64,000 bases of DNA from an uncultured Candidatus Peribacteria bacterium (GTDB lineage: Bacteria > Patescibacteriota > Gracilibacteria > UBA1369 > 2-02-FULL-48-14), in the NCBI GenBank assembly GCA_964441065.1, contig CAYTWD010000001.1, positions 5,975 through 69,974 on the forward strand, given 5' to 3'. Below, in pieces: positions 9,123 through 18,107 of this stretch. The notes under the pieces were generated by a model. The model saw only the letters and a list, made by a program, of their open reading frames with translations. It was not told the DNA's origin and made no database searches. Every line of letters begins with the position of its first letter. Positions within the stretch are counted from its first letter, which is position 1. The translations under genes were made by a program, and so were the position numbers.

Positions 9123-9197
9123 GGTCCCATCGTCTAGCGGTTAGGACACCGGATTCTCATTCCGGTAACAGGGGTTCGATTCCCCTTGGGACTACCA
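9123..9197 (+). tRNA. tRNA-Glu (anticodon CUC), CCA encoded
   Basis: The acceptor arms are GGTCCCA and TGGGACT, the anticodon stem-loop is CCGGA-TTCTCAT-TCCGG, and the T-arm is AGGGGTTCGATTCCCCT. The overall sequence resembles canonical bacterial tRNA-Glu. Confidence 0.9.
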
Positions 9198-9559
9198 ATG
9201 AAACCGGAAAAAAATGTGTCAACTGGGAATGTACAAAAATATGAAACATAATGTCTAGTGTAGACGTTTCAACCCCCGACACGACAAATATTGTTTGATG
9301 ATTGTCTAAAGAGTCCTTACCTAAATATCTGACACCTTTATATACTTCGGTCCTTGAAATCACGGCCACTCGACGAAAGTCGAGCTAACTATAAAGAGAA
9401 CTTAAGCGATTTGGAGAAATCGCGAGAAAATTACTTAATTTACTGACACTGTTGCTTTTTAGGTCGGGCAACAGAGAAAACTTCTTTTAAGCTTATTCCG
9501 ACTTACATGAATCGAATTTTATTCGATTTCATTTTTTATTTCCTAATGAAAAGATTCAA

Positions 9560-12500
9560 ATGAATATCTCTTTCATATATAGGAAGTTCCGAAAATCTAT
9601 AGCTGGTATTGCTCTAACTGCACTTCTTGCGTCTTTCGTAAGTTTTGCAGCTGTTGCATCAGCGTCATTCCCTGACACTGATGGACACTGGGCATCTGAC
9701 TACATTGATGAACTAGTTTCACAAGGTGTAGTTTCCGGTTATGACAACGGTAACTTCGGTCCAGATGATTCTCTAACAAGAGGTCAATTGGCAAAAATCG
9801 CAGTTCTAGCCTTCGGGATAGAACTAGACAGCAGCTACGATGCAGGATTCGCTGATGTGGATTCAAATGCATGGTACGCTGAATACGTAAATACAGCAGC
9901 TAAGAACGGTATCGTTGGTGGTTACACTGACTCTAACGGTGTTGCAACTGGATATTTTGGTCCAGATGACACAGTTAACCGAGCTCAAGCAGCTAAAATT
10001 CTTGTAAACGCAGCTGGTCTTGCTACAGACACTACGGGAGCTCCTCATTTCGATGACGTTGCTTCAGGTGATTGGTACTACGACTACGTTGAAACAGCTT
10101 ACAACAACACAGTTGTTGATGGTTACAGCAATGGAAACTACGGTCCTGCTGATGCAGTGACTCGTGGTCAGATTTCTAAGATGACCGTTAACTCTCAGAA
10201 CCCTGTTGTTCGTGATACAACCGACGATACCACAGATGATACTACATCTGGTGATGGTACTCTAAAACTAGAGATGATCAGCATCGACGGTGGTACAGTT
10301 CCAAAGGGTGCTACAGCCGTTCCGGTTCTTGGAATTAAGGCTACAGCTTCTGGAGCAGACATGACATTGAAATCATTGGTATTGAGCCGAAGTGGAGTAG
10401 GTGCTACATCCGATATTTCAAACTTGTACTTCTACAACGGCACAGAAAGAATTGGATCAGGTCACTCTGTAAGCAGCGACACAAACACTTCAACATTCAG
10501 TTCACTTAACGTGGACGTTGCTGAAGGTGAGTCTGCTATGTTCTACATCAAATCTGATTTCTCTTCTACAGCCTCTTCAGGAAATGAACACTATTTCTCC
10601 GTACCAAGTGCAGACGTTGTTGGAGTTGATAGCGGTTCAGTGACTGGATCATACCCATTAGACGGTGATGTATTCACAGTTGGTGGTGCATCTGCAGGAA
10701 CAGTTACAATCTCAAGAAATAGCTCAGTATCTAACCCAACAATCGGTGATACAGATGCTACTGTTGCTGATTTCAAACTTGCAGGAGCTAATGAAAATAT
10801 GTCAGTTCAGCACATTGCTCTTATTGTTAAAGGAACAATCTCTACTACAGGTCTAGACATGCTTTCACTTGTTCAAAACGGTGAAGTATTGGCTACTGCC
10901 GACGTAGTAAGTGATAATCAATTGATCACTTTTGATCTTGATACTCCTTTCGAACTAAACAAGGGTGATACAAGAACATTCTCTGTAACTACAGAAGTTA
11001 CTTCAAAAGCAAGACCTGATGATACAATTAAGATTTATCTTGATGAAACAACAGATCTAGTAGCTATCGGTGAAACTTATGGCTACGGTGCTCAGGTTAC
11101 AAAGACAGATTACGACAACAGTGCCGCTGACGGTACTGATGCTAGCTGGTCAACAGTTCAGGGTGGAGACTTTACAATAGCCTTCGGAGGTCCTTCTGTA
11201 TCTAACTTTGCACCAAATGCAAAAGACGTTCAGATCTTGGATCTTACATTCTCTTCTCAAAGAGACGTTGAGGTTAGAAGACTTTCATTCCTTGTTGCCG
11301 CTACAGGTTCAGGTTTGATCGATGCTGATGGCGCTACTGCGAACTTCACAGACGTTAAACTTATTGATACTGACTCTGGTTCTACATTGATGGGGCCACA
11401 GGAATTATCAGTCACTGGTTCTGACTCAAGTCAAACAGTTGCATTCACTGATAGCTGGTATTTATCAGCAGGTGAATCAATGAGCGCGGCTCTTTCAGTA
11501 GATATTGCTAACGAATCAACCATGGACGGTTCAACCGTTACTGGTACCTTGTCTGCAGTAAGCACAACTGAAGGTGTTAAGGATTCAGGTACAGGTCAAT
11601 TCTTGACTAATATCGTTCCTTCTACAGCTATAGCTGGTTACGCGCACAACATTCAAACAGCTTCTCTAGCTGTTGCTTTAGCTTCAAGCCCGGTTTCTGA
11701 CACATTCGTGAAAGGAACTATGGGAGTTACTCTTGCAGGTTTCGTATTCACAGCTGGTTCTGCTAGCGACATCGTAATCAGTAAGATCCTACCTACACTT
11801 GATTACTGTACATCAGCTTGTACAGCAGCAGGTTCATGGACGGCTTCTGGTTCATCAGGTGCTTACTACGGTAAGACTGACGTAGGTACTTTGTACTTAT
11901 ACGACGAAGACGGTAACCAACTTGGTACTTCTGAGGCAGTTCCAAACGGTGGTAAACCTACTTTTGATGGATTTAACCTAACTGTATCTGCAGGTTCAAC
12001 TGAAACTGTGTACGTAGTTGGTGATATTTCATCATCAGCTCCAATTGACGATGGTACTTCTACTACAACTAACGTTGTTGGTGTAGATATCGAAGCTACA
12101 GGTGACGTAACTGCTGCAGACGAAGACAACAACTCAGTAACATTGACAGCTGCTGATCCAAACGGTTCAACAGATACAAATGCTACAACTGTTGCTATGA
12201 CTATCTCTACAGGTGGTTCAATCGTAGTTAGTGCTCCTTCAACTCAGGTTAATGACCAACTTCTAGCAGCTGCATCTACTGATGTATTGCTTGGAAGATT
12301 CAAAGTTAAGGCTACTAGCGAAGATTACAAAGTTGATAGAATTATGCTTTACTCAACAAACAGTGGATCTGAAGATTCATTCAAGTCAGTAAAGATCAAG
12401 TATCCAACAAGCACAAGTGCTCCAACAACTCTTGATGGATCATCTAGTGCTACATTCTCAGGTACAGCGGCTACATTCGCTAACTTGAGTTTCATGGTTC

Positions 12501-13438
12501 CAAAATCAAACGACAATGTGACATTTGAGATCTACGTATCTGCAAATACACACGCCGACGATTCTGGTGCTACAGATTCTGGAGATGATCTTCAGATGAC
12601 TCTATACCCATACGCTGCAACTACATCTACAAGCACATTCAACGCTGTAGGTCAGGGTTCTGGTGCTACATCGACAGCGGCTACAGCGAGTGTAATCCCA
12701 GCCGGAGGTCTATCTACAAACCATGCGTATGTATTTAAGACAACTCCAACAGTAACAGTTGCTGATGACTCTGCTTCTATCGTTTACGGTACTGAGGCTG
12801 AAGTATTCAGATTCACAGTTGCTGCGGGTGCGAACGGCGATATTGCTCTTCTTGGTCTTAAGTTCGATGTATCATCTTCAGGTGTCTTGACTGGTTCAAC
12901 TGGTCTTGGTGCTGTTGATACAGCTACTTACTCAAGAAACGCAGGTGATGCTCTATCCAACACTTGGAAGATGTACGAAGTTGTTAACGGTTCAGTTGAT
13001 AACTCAGTACCGGTAGGTTCAGGTCAATACTTATACGGTCCAGGAATTGGTTCTGCTCTAACAAACCTTGTATACATGCAGGTTTACCAGAACATTACTA
13101 ACTGGGCTGCTGGTACAGGTGCTTTCGAAAAAATTACTGCTGGTTCAAGCAGAACATTCGTTGTAGATGCTCCAGTACAGGATGATGGTACTTCAAACAC
13201 CAACTCCGTATCTGTACGTATCTCTACAGACAATAGCGCTCTATACCAACAATTGGCTACTGACACTATTACTACAGGTCTAGATAACTATGATGGTGTA
13301 ACCGTTCTAGGTTCATCTTCATTCATCTGGTCTGATCGACCAAACGTTTCAGGCTTTGGTACAGGTTCTTCCGCTACATACTGGAATAACGCTTACAAAG
13401 TTACTGGCGTACCTTCAAGTTACGTAACATCTACATGA
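9560..13438 (+). CDS. secreted SLH-domain surface (S-layer) protein
   Basis: 1292 aa. Signal peptide ending AAVASA|SF, followed by three SLH repeats (FPDTDGHWASDYI..., FADVDSNAWYAEYV..., FDDVASGDWYYDYV...). The remaining roughly 1050 aa are rich in Thr, Ser, Gly, Ala, Val and Asp. Codon choice is strongly T-ending, which suggests high expression. Confidence 0.85.
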   Translation: MNISFIYRKFRKSIAGIALTALLASFVSFAAVASASFPDTDGHWASDYIDELVSQGVVSGYDNGNFGPDDSLTRGQLAKIAVLAFGIELDSSYDAGFADVDSNAWYAEYVNTAAKNGIVGGYTDSNGVATGYFGPDDTVNRAQAAKILVNAAGLATDTTGAPHFDDVASGDWYYDYVETAYNNTVVDGYSNGNYGPADAVTRGQISKMTVNSQNPVVRDTTDDTTDDTTSGDGTLKLEMISIDGGTVPKGATAVPVLGIKATASGADMTLKSLVLSRSGVGATSDISNLYFYNGTERIGSGHSVSSDTNTSTFSSLNVDVAEGESAMFYIKSDFSSTASSGNEHYFSVPSADVVGVDSGSVTGSYPLDGDVFTVGGASAGTVTISRNSSVSNPTIGDTDATVADFKLAGANENMSVQHIALIVKGTISTTGLDMLSLVQNGEVLATADVVSDNQLITFDLDTPFELNKGDTRTFSVTTEVTSKARPDDTIKIYLDETTDLVAIGETYGYGAQVTKTDYDNSAADGTDASWSTVQGGDFTIAFGGPSVSNFAPNAKDVQILDLTFSSQRDVEVRRLSFLVAATGSGLIDADGATANFTDVKLIDTDSGSTLMGPQELSVTGSDSSQTVAFTDSWYLSAGESMSAALSVDIANESTMDGSTVTGTLSAVSTTEGVKDSGTGQFLTNIVPSTAIAGYAHNIQTASLAVALASSPVSDTFVKGTMGVTLAGFVFTAGSASDIVISKILPTLDYCTSACTAAGSWTASGSSGAYYGKTDVGTLYLYDEDGNQLGTSEAVPNGGKPTFDGFNLTVSAGSTETVYVVGDISSSAPIDDGTSTTTNVVGVDIEATGDVTAADEDNNSVTLTAADPNGSTDTNATTVAMTISTGGSIVVSAPSTQVNDQLLAAASTDVLLGRFKVKATSEDYKVDRIMLYSTNSGSEDSFKSVKIKYPTSTSAPTTLDGSSSATFSGTAATFANLSFMVPKSNDNVTFEIYVSANTHADDSGATDSGDDLQMTLYPYAATTSTSTFNAVGQGSGATSTAATASVIPAGGLSTNHAYVFKTTPTVTVADDSASIVYGTEAEVFRFTVAAGANGDIALLGLKFDVSSSGVLTGSTGLGAVDTATYSRNAGDALSNTWKMYEVVNGSVDNSVPVGSGQYLYGPGIGSALTNLVYMQVYQNITNWAAGTGAFEKITAGSSRTFVVDAPVQDDGTSNTNSVSVRISTDNSALYQQLATDTITTGLDNYDGVTVLGSSSFIWSDRPNVSGFGTGSSATYWNNAYKVTGVPSSYVTST

Positions 13439-13476
13439 TGACGTGATTCTAAGCTGATTAACTCAGACTTAGAGAA

Positions 13477-13506
13477 AGCCCCCCGCTTCGGCGGGGGGCT
13501 TTTTTG
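13477..13506 (+). terminator. strong intrinsic terminator of the S-layer gene
   Basis: A 10-bp GC stem, AGCCCCCCGC-TTCG-GCGGGGGGCT, followed by TTTTTG. Confidence 0.85.
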
Positions 13507-13562
13507 TTTACTGGCCGAAGGCCAGCCATTCGGTCAGCGCCGAACGGCGCGCACAGCTAAAA

Positions 13563-13579
13563 AGTGCACCCGCTGCACT
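13563..13579 (-). terminator. intrinsic terminator of the GT4 gene
   Basis: On the minus strand the sequence reads TAA-AGTGCA-GCGGG-TGCACT-TTTTA, directly abutting the stop codon at 13580-13582. Confidence 0.55.
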
Positions 13580-14641
13580 TTACAACAAATCCAAATACAA
13601 TTTCTCAAACTCATCCGCCGCCTTATCCCATGAAAAGTTTTTCTTTTCGCTAACTTTCCACTCTCCGGCTTCAGCTTTTTTCAGTGCATCAATCAACGAG
13701 GTCTTGTCTCCGCTTCTGAAAATCAAATGCTTTCCGCCGGCGATTTCAGGCAGTGAACCCGCATCGCTGAGAATAACCGGAACATCCATCGCCATCGCCT
13801 CTGCGGCGGTGAATCCAAAACCTTCCGCAAGGGAAGGTACAACAACCGCGTCGGCCTTCGCAATTTCACCGGGCAAGTCTGCACGTGCAACACTTTTCTT
13901 GACGGTCACAAAATCAGAAATTCCTGAAATCATTTTCTCAACTCTGGCAAAATCTTCATCACTACCGGAAAGTAATAATTTAAATTCTGTTTTTCCTCGG
14001 TAGTCTTTATAAAACTCTTGAAGACTTTCAATCAAAAACCAGATTCCTTTGTTGCCGGCAATTCTTCCGAAGTATAAAAATTCAAAACCTTCATGCGGGA
14101 CACTAGAAGGCGTGAACATCTCATCGATCCCATGGTAAATCACGTTAGACTTTCCTTTCAATTTTTTTTGAGTGGCTTTTGAAACCGCCACGGTGTGATC
14201 AAAATTAAATCCCAAAAGAATTTGTTCCAAAAAACCAAATAATCGAGCTTTATGGGCGTGTCTCGGAAACACATGTGTAAAGTCCGGACCCAACACCTCA
14301 TGCACGCTTAGAACAGAAGTTTTGCCATGAATTTTTGAAGCAATCCAGGCCGGTAGAACAGCGTTATACATTGTTGCATGAATTATGTCCGCCTTAGCTC
14401 CAATTTTCATAACTAGCGGAATCGATAAAAATGTAAAAGAATTTTGAGTTTTTCCTACTCGGTAAATAGTTCCGCCTTCCTCTTTTTCAACACTTGGTGC
14501 ACCGGTTTCAGCCGAAGTTATAACATCCACGTGATGCCCACGCGCAATCAGGCGTTTTCGTAGCTCAAAAAAGAACGTTTCAACTCCGCCGATGTGCGGA
14601 GGATAATGTTCGGCAACAAAAAGAATTCGAAGAGTTTTCAT
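13580..14641 (-). CDS. glycosyltransferase family 4
   Basis: 353 aa. N-terminus RILFVAEHYPPHIGGVE and C-terminal EGFGFTAAEAMAMDVPV (EX7E region). Confidence 0.85.
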   Translation of the reverse strand: MKTLRILFVAEHYPPHIGGVETFFFELRKRLIARGHHVDVITSAETGAPSVEKEEGGTIYRVGKTQNSFTFLSIPLVMKIGAKADIIHATMYNAVLPAWIASKIHGKTSVLSVHEVLGPDFTHVFPRHAHKARLFGFLEQILLGFNFDHTVAVSKATQKKLKGKSNVIYHGIDEMFTPSSVPHEGFEFLYFGRIAGNKGIWFLIESLQEFYKDYRGKTEFKLLLSGSDEDFARVEKMISGISDFVTVKKSVARADLPGEIAKADAVVVPSLAEGFGFTAAEAMAMDVPVILSDAGSLPEIAGGKHLIFRSGDKTSLIDALKKAEAGEWKVSEKKNFSWDKAADEFEKLYLDLL

Positions 14642-14979
14642 TTTTTTGGAATGTCGCGCAGGCTGTCTTCTCGAACAATTTGAGTTATCTCTCGTTCAAG
14701 AGATTCAAGTTTAACGTAAATTCTGTAGATTAAATAAAACAAAATCACAATTCCGGAGTAAACAAAAACATCCACACCACGGCCAATTCCAAATTTCTTT
14801 GCAAGAAACTCGGTTGTGTTTGGAATAAAAAGTACAATCAAAAACCCAATCCAAATCATTGACCAAAAAATCAAACCGAACAAACTAACGCTATCATCTC
14901 TGTATCTTAAAAAAACTCGACTCCAAGCAAACAAAACAAAAATCGCTCCTACAATTTGAATTAAACTTATATTGTACAT
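14638..14979 (-). CDS. small membrane protein, DUF2304-like
   Basis: 113 aa with three TM helices, a GIGRGVD motif and a C-terminal amphipathic tail. It overlaps the downstream GT4 gene by 4 nt and is separated by 1 nt from the upstream GT2 gene. Placement next to a GT2 is typical of DUF2304 proteins. Confidence 0.5.
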   Translation of the reverse strand: MYNISLIQIVGAIFVLFAWSRVFLRYRDDSVSLFGLIFWSMIWIGFLIVLFIPNTTEFLAKKFGIGRGVDVFVYSGIVILFYLIYRIYVKLESLEREITQIVREDSLRDIPKK

Positions 14980-14980
14980 A

Positions 14981-15676
14981 TTATTTGATTAAGCGATGCA
15001 TTAGTAGTCTAGCAAATGTTTTGATTCCCACAAAAAAACTTTGTCCTTTTGAGAGAGAATAATCCGTGTAAATTGCCTTAATTGGAACCTCTTTGAACCT
15101 TAAACCATGGTATCCGATCTCACGAATAATTTCACTGCTTACTTCCATTCGATTTGTTCTAATTCTAATGTGCTCTGCTGCATTTCTATTGAAACCGCGA
15201 AGGCCGGATTGGCTGTCGGTTGTCCAAACTCCAAACAAAAAATAAGTCACATAATTTGCGATTCGATTTGCGATTCTTCTTTTCATCGGCATTCCCTCCG
15301 GATCAATTAAACGTGAGCCGATTACAACATCAGCCTCACGTCGTTTCAGCGGAGAAAGAACCTTTTGAATATCTTTCGTATCGTGCTGACCATCCGCGTC
15401 AAAAGTAATTATATACTCCGCGCCCATTCTGAGCGCTCCTTGAATTCCTGTTCCCAAAGCACCTCCGAGGCCGCGATTCAACTTGTGTTTAACAACAACT
15501 TGCGCATGTTTTTTAGCGACTTCAAAAGTGTCATCTCTACTGCCGTCATCAACTACAATCGTTTTTTCATAACCGGCTTCTTTCAGATTTTTCAAAACCT
15601 TCAGAATTGTGTTCCCTTCGTTGTACGCCGGAATAACTATCCAAGTGTCATGCATAATCAAGTACCAACATCCCAA
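14981..15676 (-). CDS. glycosyltransferase family 2 (polyprenyl-phosphate sugar synthase-like)
   Basis: Contains VIPAYNEG, VVDDGSRDDT and FDADGQH motifs. The more likely start is the ATG at 15655 (MHDTW...). Confidence 0.85.
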   Translation of the reverse strand: MGCWYLIMHDTWIVIPAYNEGNTILKVLKNLKEAGYEKTIVVDDGSRDDTFEVAKKHAQVVVKHKLNRGLGGALGTGIQGALRMGAEYIITFDADGQHDTKDIQKVLSPLKRREADVVIGSRLIDPEGMPMKRRIANRIANYVTYFLFGVWTTDSQSGLRGFNRNAAEHIRIRTNRMEVSSEIIREIGYHGLRFKEVPIKAIYTDYSLSKGQSFFVGIKTFARLLMHRLIK

Positions 15677-16908
15677 GAAGACAAATATTTTTTCTGTTCT
15701 TCGGTTAATTGGTCGATTGAAACGCCCATTGCTTCCAGTTGAAGTCGAGAAATATCATCATCAATGTGCTCGGGAAGTGTGTAAACTTTTGCGCTCAAAG
15801 TCGCTTTATTTTTTACCAACCATTCGCAAGCCAAGGCCTGACCACAGAATGAAAGTGACATGACTTCGCTCGGATGACCTTCCGCTGATGCAAGATTTAT
15901 AAGTCTGCCCTCGCCGGCCAAGAAAAGAACTTTCCCGTCGAAAGCGTATTCATCAAAATAAGGTCTGATGCGGCGTTTTGTCGCCATTTTTTCAAGACCT
16001 GCAACATCGATTTCAAGATCAAAATGTCCGCTGTTAGCCATCATCGCGCCATTTTTCATAACTTTCATGTGCTCTGTTCTAATCACATGTTTATTTCCGG
16101 TCACAGTAATAAAAATATCACCTTCTTTCGCCGCGTCTTCCATTTTCATAACTCGGAATCCGTCCATCTTTGCCTGCAAGGCACGAAAAGGATTTACTTC
16201 AGTGACAATCACGTTCGCACCCATTCCTTTTGCACGAAGCGCGCAACCTTTGCCGCAACTTCCATAACCCAAAACAACAACATTTTTCCCAGCGAACAAA
16301 ATATTTGAAGCGCGAATTATTCCGTCCAAAGTCGATTGGCCGGTTCCATAATAATTGTCCATCAAATGTTTTGTGAGGTTGTCGTTCACGGCAACCATCG
16401 GAAACTTCAAAATATTATCTTTTTCCATTGCCTTTAAACGAATCACTCCGGTTGTTGTTTCTTCGCATCCGCCCAAAACTTTAGCGGCTTTTTCAGGATG
16501 TTTTGTTAAAAGTTCGGTAACCAAATCGCAACCGTCGTCAATTGTGATGTCCGGCTCAAATGCAATAACTTGATTCAAAAAATTGTAATATTCTTCGCTT
16601 GATTCGCCTTTGTGACCGAAGACTAAAACTCCTTCTTCAAGTGCCAAAGCCGCCGCCACATCGTCTTGTGTTGAAAGTGGATTGCAACCTGTTATTGCCA
16701 CCAGAGCGCCCCCGGCGCGCAAAGTTCTAACTAGAATCCCTGTCTCTTTTGTTATGTGAAGAGCCATACCGATTTTCAAACCGGCAAAAGGCTTTTCTTT
16801 AGCGAATCTTTCACGAACCTTTAGAAGCGCGTGCATATTCCTTTCCGCGAGTTCCAAATTTAACTTCCCTTGATCGGCAAGTGCCGGATTTTTAACGATT
16901 GATTCCAT
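15658..16908 (-). CDS. ahcY: adenosylhomocysteinase
   Basis: 416 aa. Contains GCNPLSTQDDVAAAL, the NAD site GYGSCGKG and HFDLEID, all typical of SAH hydrolase. Confidence 0.95.
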   Translation of the reverse strand: MESIVKNPALADQGKLNLELAERNMHALLKVRERFAKEKPFAGLKIGMALHITKETGILVRTLRAGGALVAITGCNPLSTQDDVAAALALEEGVLVFGHKGESSEEYYNFLNQVIAFEPDITIDDGCDLVTELLTKHPEKAAKVLGGCEETTTGVIRLKAMEKDNILKFPMVAVNDNLTKHLMDNYYGTGQSTLDGIIRASNILFAGKNVVVLGYGSCGKGCALRAKGMGANVIVTEVNPFRALQAKMDGFRVMKMEDAAKEGDIFITVTGNKHVIRTEHMKVMKNGAMMANSGHFDLEIDVAGLEKMATKRRIRPYFDEYAFDGKVLFLAGEGRLINLASAEGHPSEVMSLSFCGQALACEWLVKNKATLSAKVYTLPEHIDDDISRLQLEAMGVSIDQLTEEQKKYLSSWDVGT

Positions 16909-16910
16909 TT

Positions 16911-18044
16911 TTAAATTCCTTTAGATAATATTTCTGCCTTGTCTGTTTTTTCCCAAGTGAAATCGGGAAGTTCTCGCCCAAAGTGACCGTATGCCGCAGT
17001 TTGTCTGTAAATTGGTCTTCTTAGATTTAGTGAGGTAATAATTCCTTTTGGAGTTAGATCGAAGTTTTTTCTAACCAATGCCACCAAAATTTCATCTGAA
17101 ACTTTTCCTGTTCCGTGAGTATTCACATTTATTGAAACCGGTTCAGCAACTCCAATCGCATAAGAAATCTGAACCTCACATTTATCAGCCAATCCCGCAG
17201 CCACAATATTTTTTGCAACATAACGTGCCGCGTAAGCCGCGCTCCTGTCCACTTTTGAAGGATCTTTACCTGAAAAAGCGCCACCTCCGTGTCTACCCAT
17301 TCCGCCGTAGGTGTCCACAATAATTTTTCTACCGGTAAGTCCGCAATCTCCTGGAGGACCACCGATAATAAATTTTCCTGTTGGGTTTATGTGGAAAATC
17401 GTGCTCGCCGTTAAGTAATCTCCGCAAACCGGCTTAATTACTTTTTCAATCACATCTTTTTTAATCTGTTCATGGCTAACTTCCGGTCCGTGCTGAGTTG
17501 AAACTACAACTGTGTTAACGCTCTTTGGCTTCCCGTCAACATACTCAACCGTAACCTGACTTTTCCCGTCCGGTCTCAAATAAGGCAGAGTTCCGTTTTT
17601 CCTAACTTCAGCCAATTTCATTGTTAATTTGTGCGCCAACATAATTGGAAGAGGCATCAACTCTTTAGTTTCATTCACTGCAAATCCAAACATCATTCCC
17701 TGATCTCCCGCTCCTCCCGTGTCCACGCCCATTGCAATATCCGGGCTCTGTTCATCAATAGTTGTAATAACCGCGCAGGCATCACAATCGAAGCCGTAAG
17801 TCGCGTCGTTGTAACCGATTTCCTTGATGACGTTCCTTGCTATTTTTGAAATCGGAGCATAAGCCGAAGTTGTAATTTCTCCCGCGACCACAACCAAACC
17901 GGTAGTCACAAGAGTTTCACATGCCACGCGTCCGTTTGGATCGTCTTTAAAAATTGCATCCAAAACCGCGTCTGAAATTTGATCGGCAACTTTATCGGGA
18001 TGCCCTTCCGTAACAGATTCGGAAGTAAAAAGATGTGTACTCAT
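16911..18044 (-). CDS. metK: S-adenosylmethionine synthetase
   Basis: 377 aa. Contains [23 protein letters not shown] and [16 protein letters not shown]. Confidence 0.95.
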   Translation of the reverse strand: MSTHLFTSESVTEGHPDKVADQISDAVLDAIFKDDPNGRVACETLVTTGLVVVAGEITTSAYAPISKIARNVIKEIGYNDATYGFDCDACAVITTIDEQSPDIAMGVDTGGAGDQGMMFGFAVNETKELMPLPIMLAHKLTMKLAEVRKNGTLPYLRPDGKSQVTVEYVDGKPKSVNTVVVSTQHGPEVSHEQIKKDVIEKVIKPVCGDYLTASTIFHINPTGKFIIGGPPGDCGLTGRKIIVDTYGGMGRHGGGAFSGKDPSKVDRSAAYAARYVAKNIVAAGLADKCEVQISYAIGVAEPVSINVNTHGTGKVSDEILVALVRKNFDLTPKGIITSLNLRRPIYRQTAAYGHFGRELPDFTWEKTDKAEILSKGI

Positions 18045-18107
18045 AATCTATAAAAAATTCTCGCACAGCATATATGAATTGCTTTTGAGAGGCAACCTTA
18101 TGTATAT

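Noticed and set aside
9157-9369. The 70-aa minus-strand ORF
   Set aside because: It overlaps tRNA-Glu on the opposite strand and lies in the repeat-rich spacer, which makes it very likely non-coding.
9597-13266. Short ORFs on both strands inside the S-layer gene
   Set aside because: They are shadow frames of a long, compositionally biased gene and none has independent support.
18045-18107. A SAM riboswitch upstream of metK
   Set aside because: - The spacer to the divergent FkbM gene is only about 63 nt and must also hold two promoters.
- I could not recognise a SAM-I, SAM-II or SAM/SAH consensus by eye.
- Excluding the small classes would need an Rfam scan.
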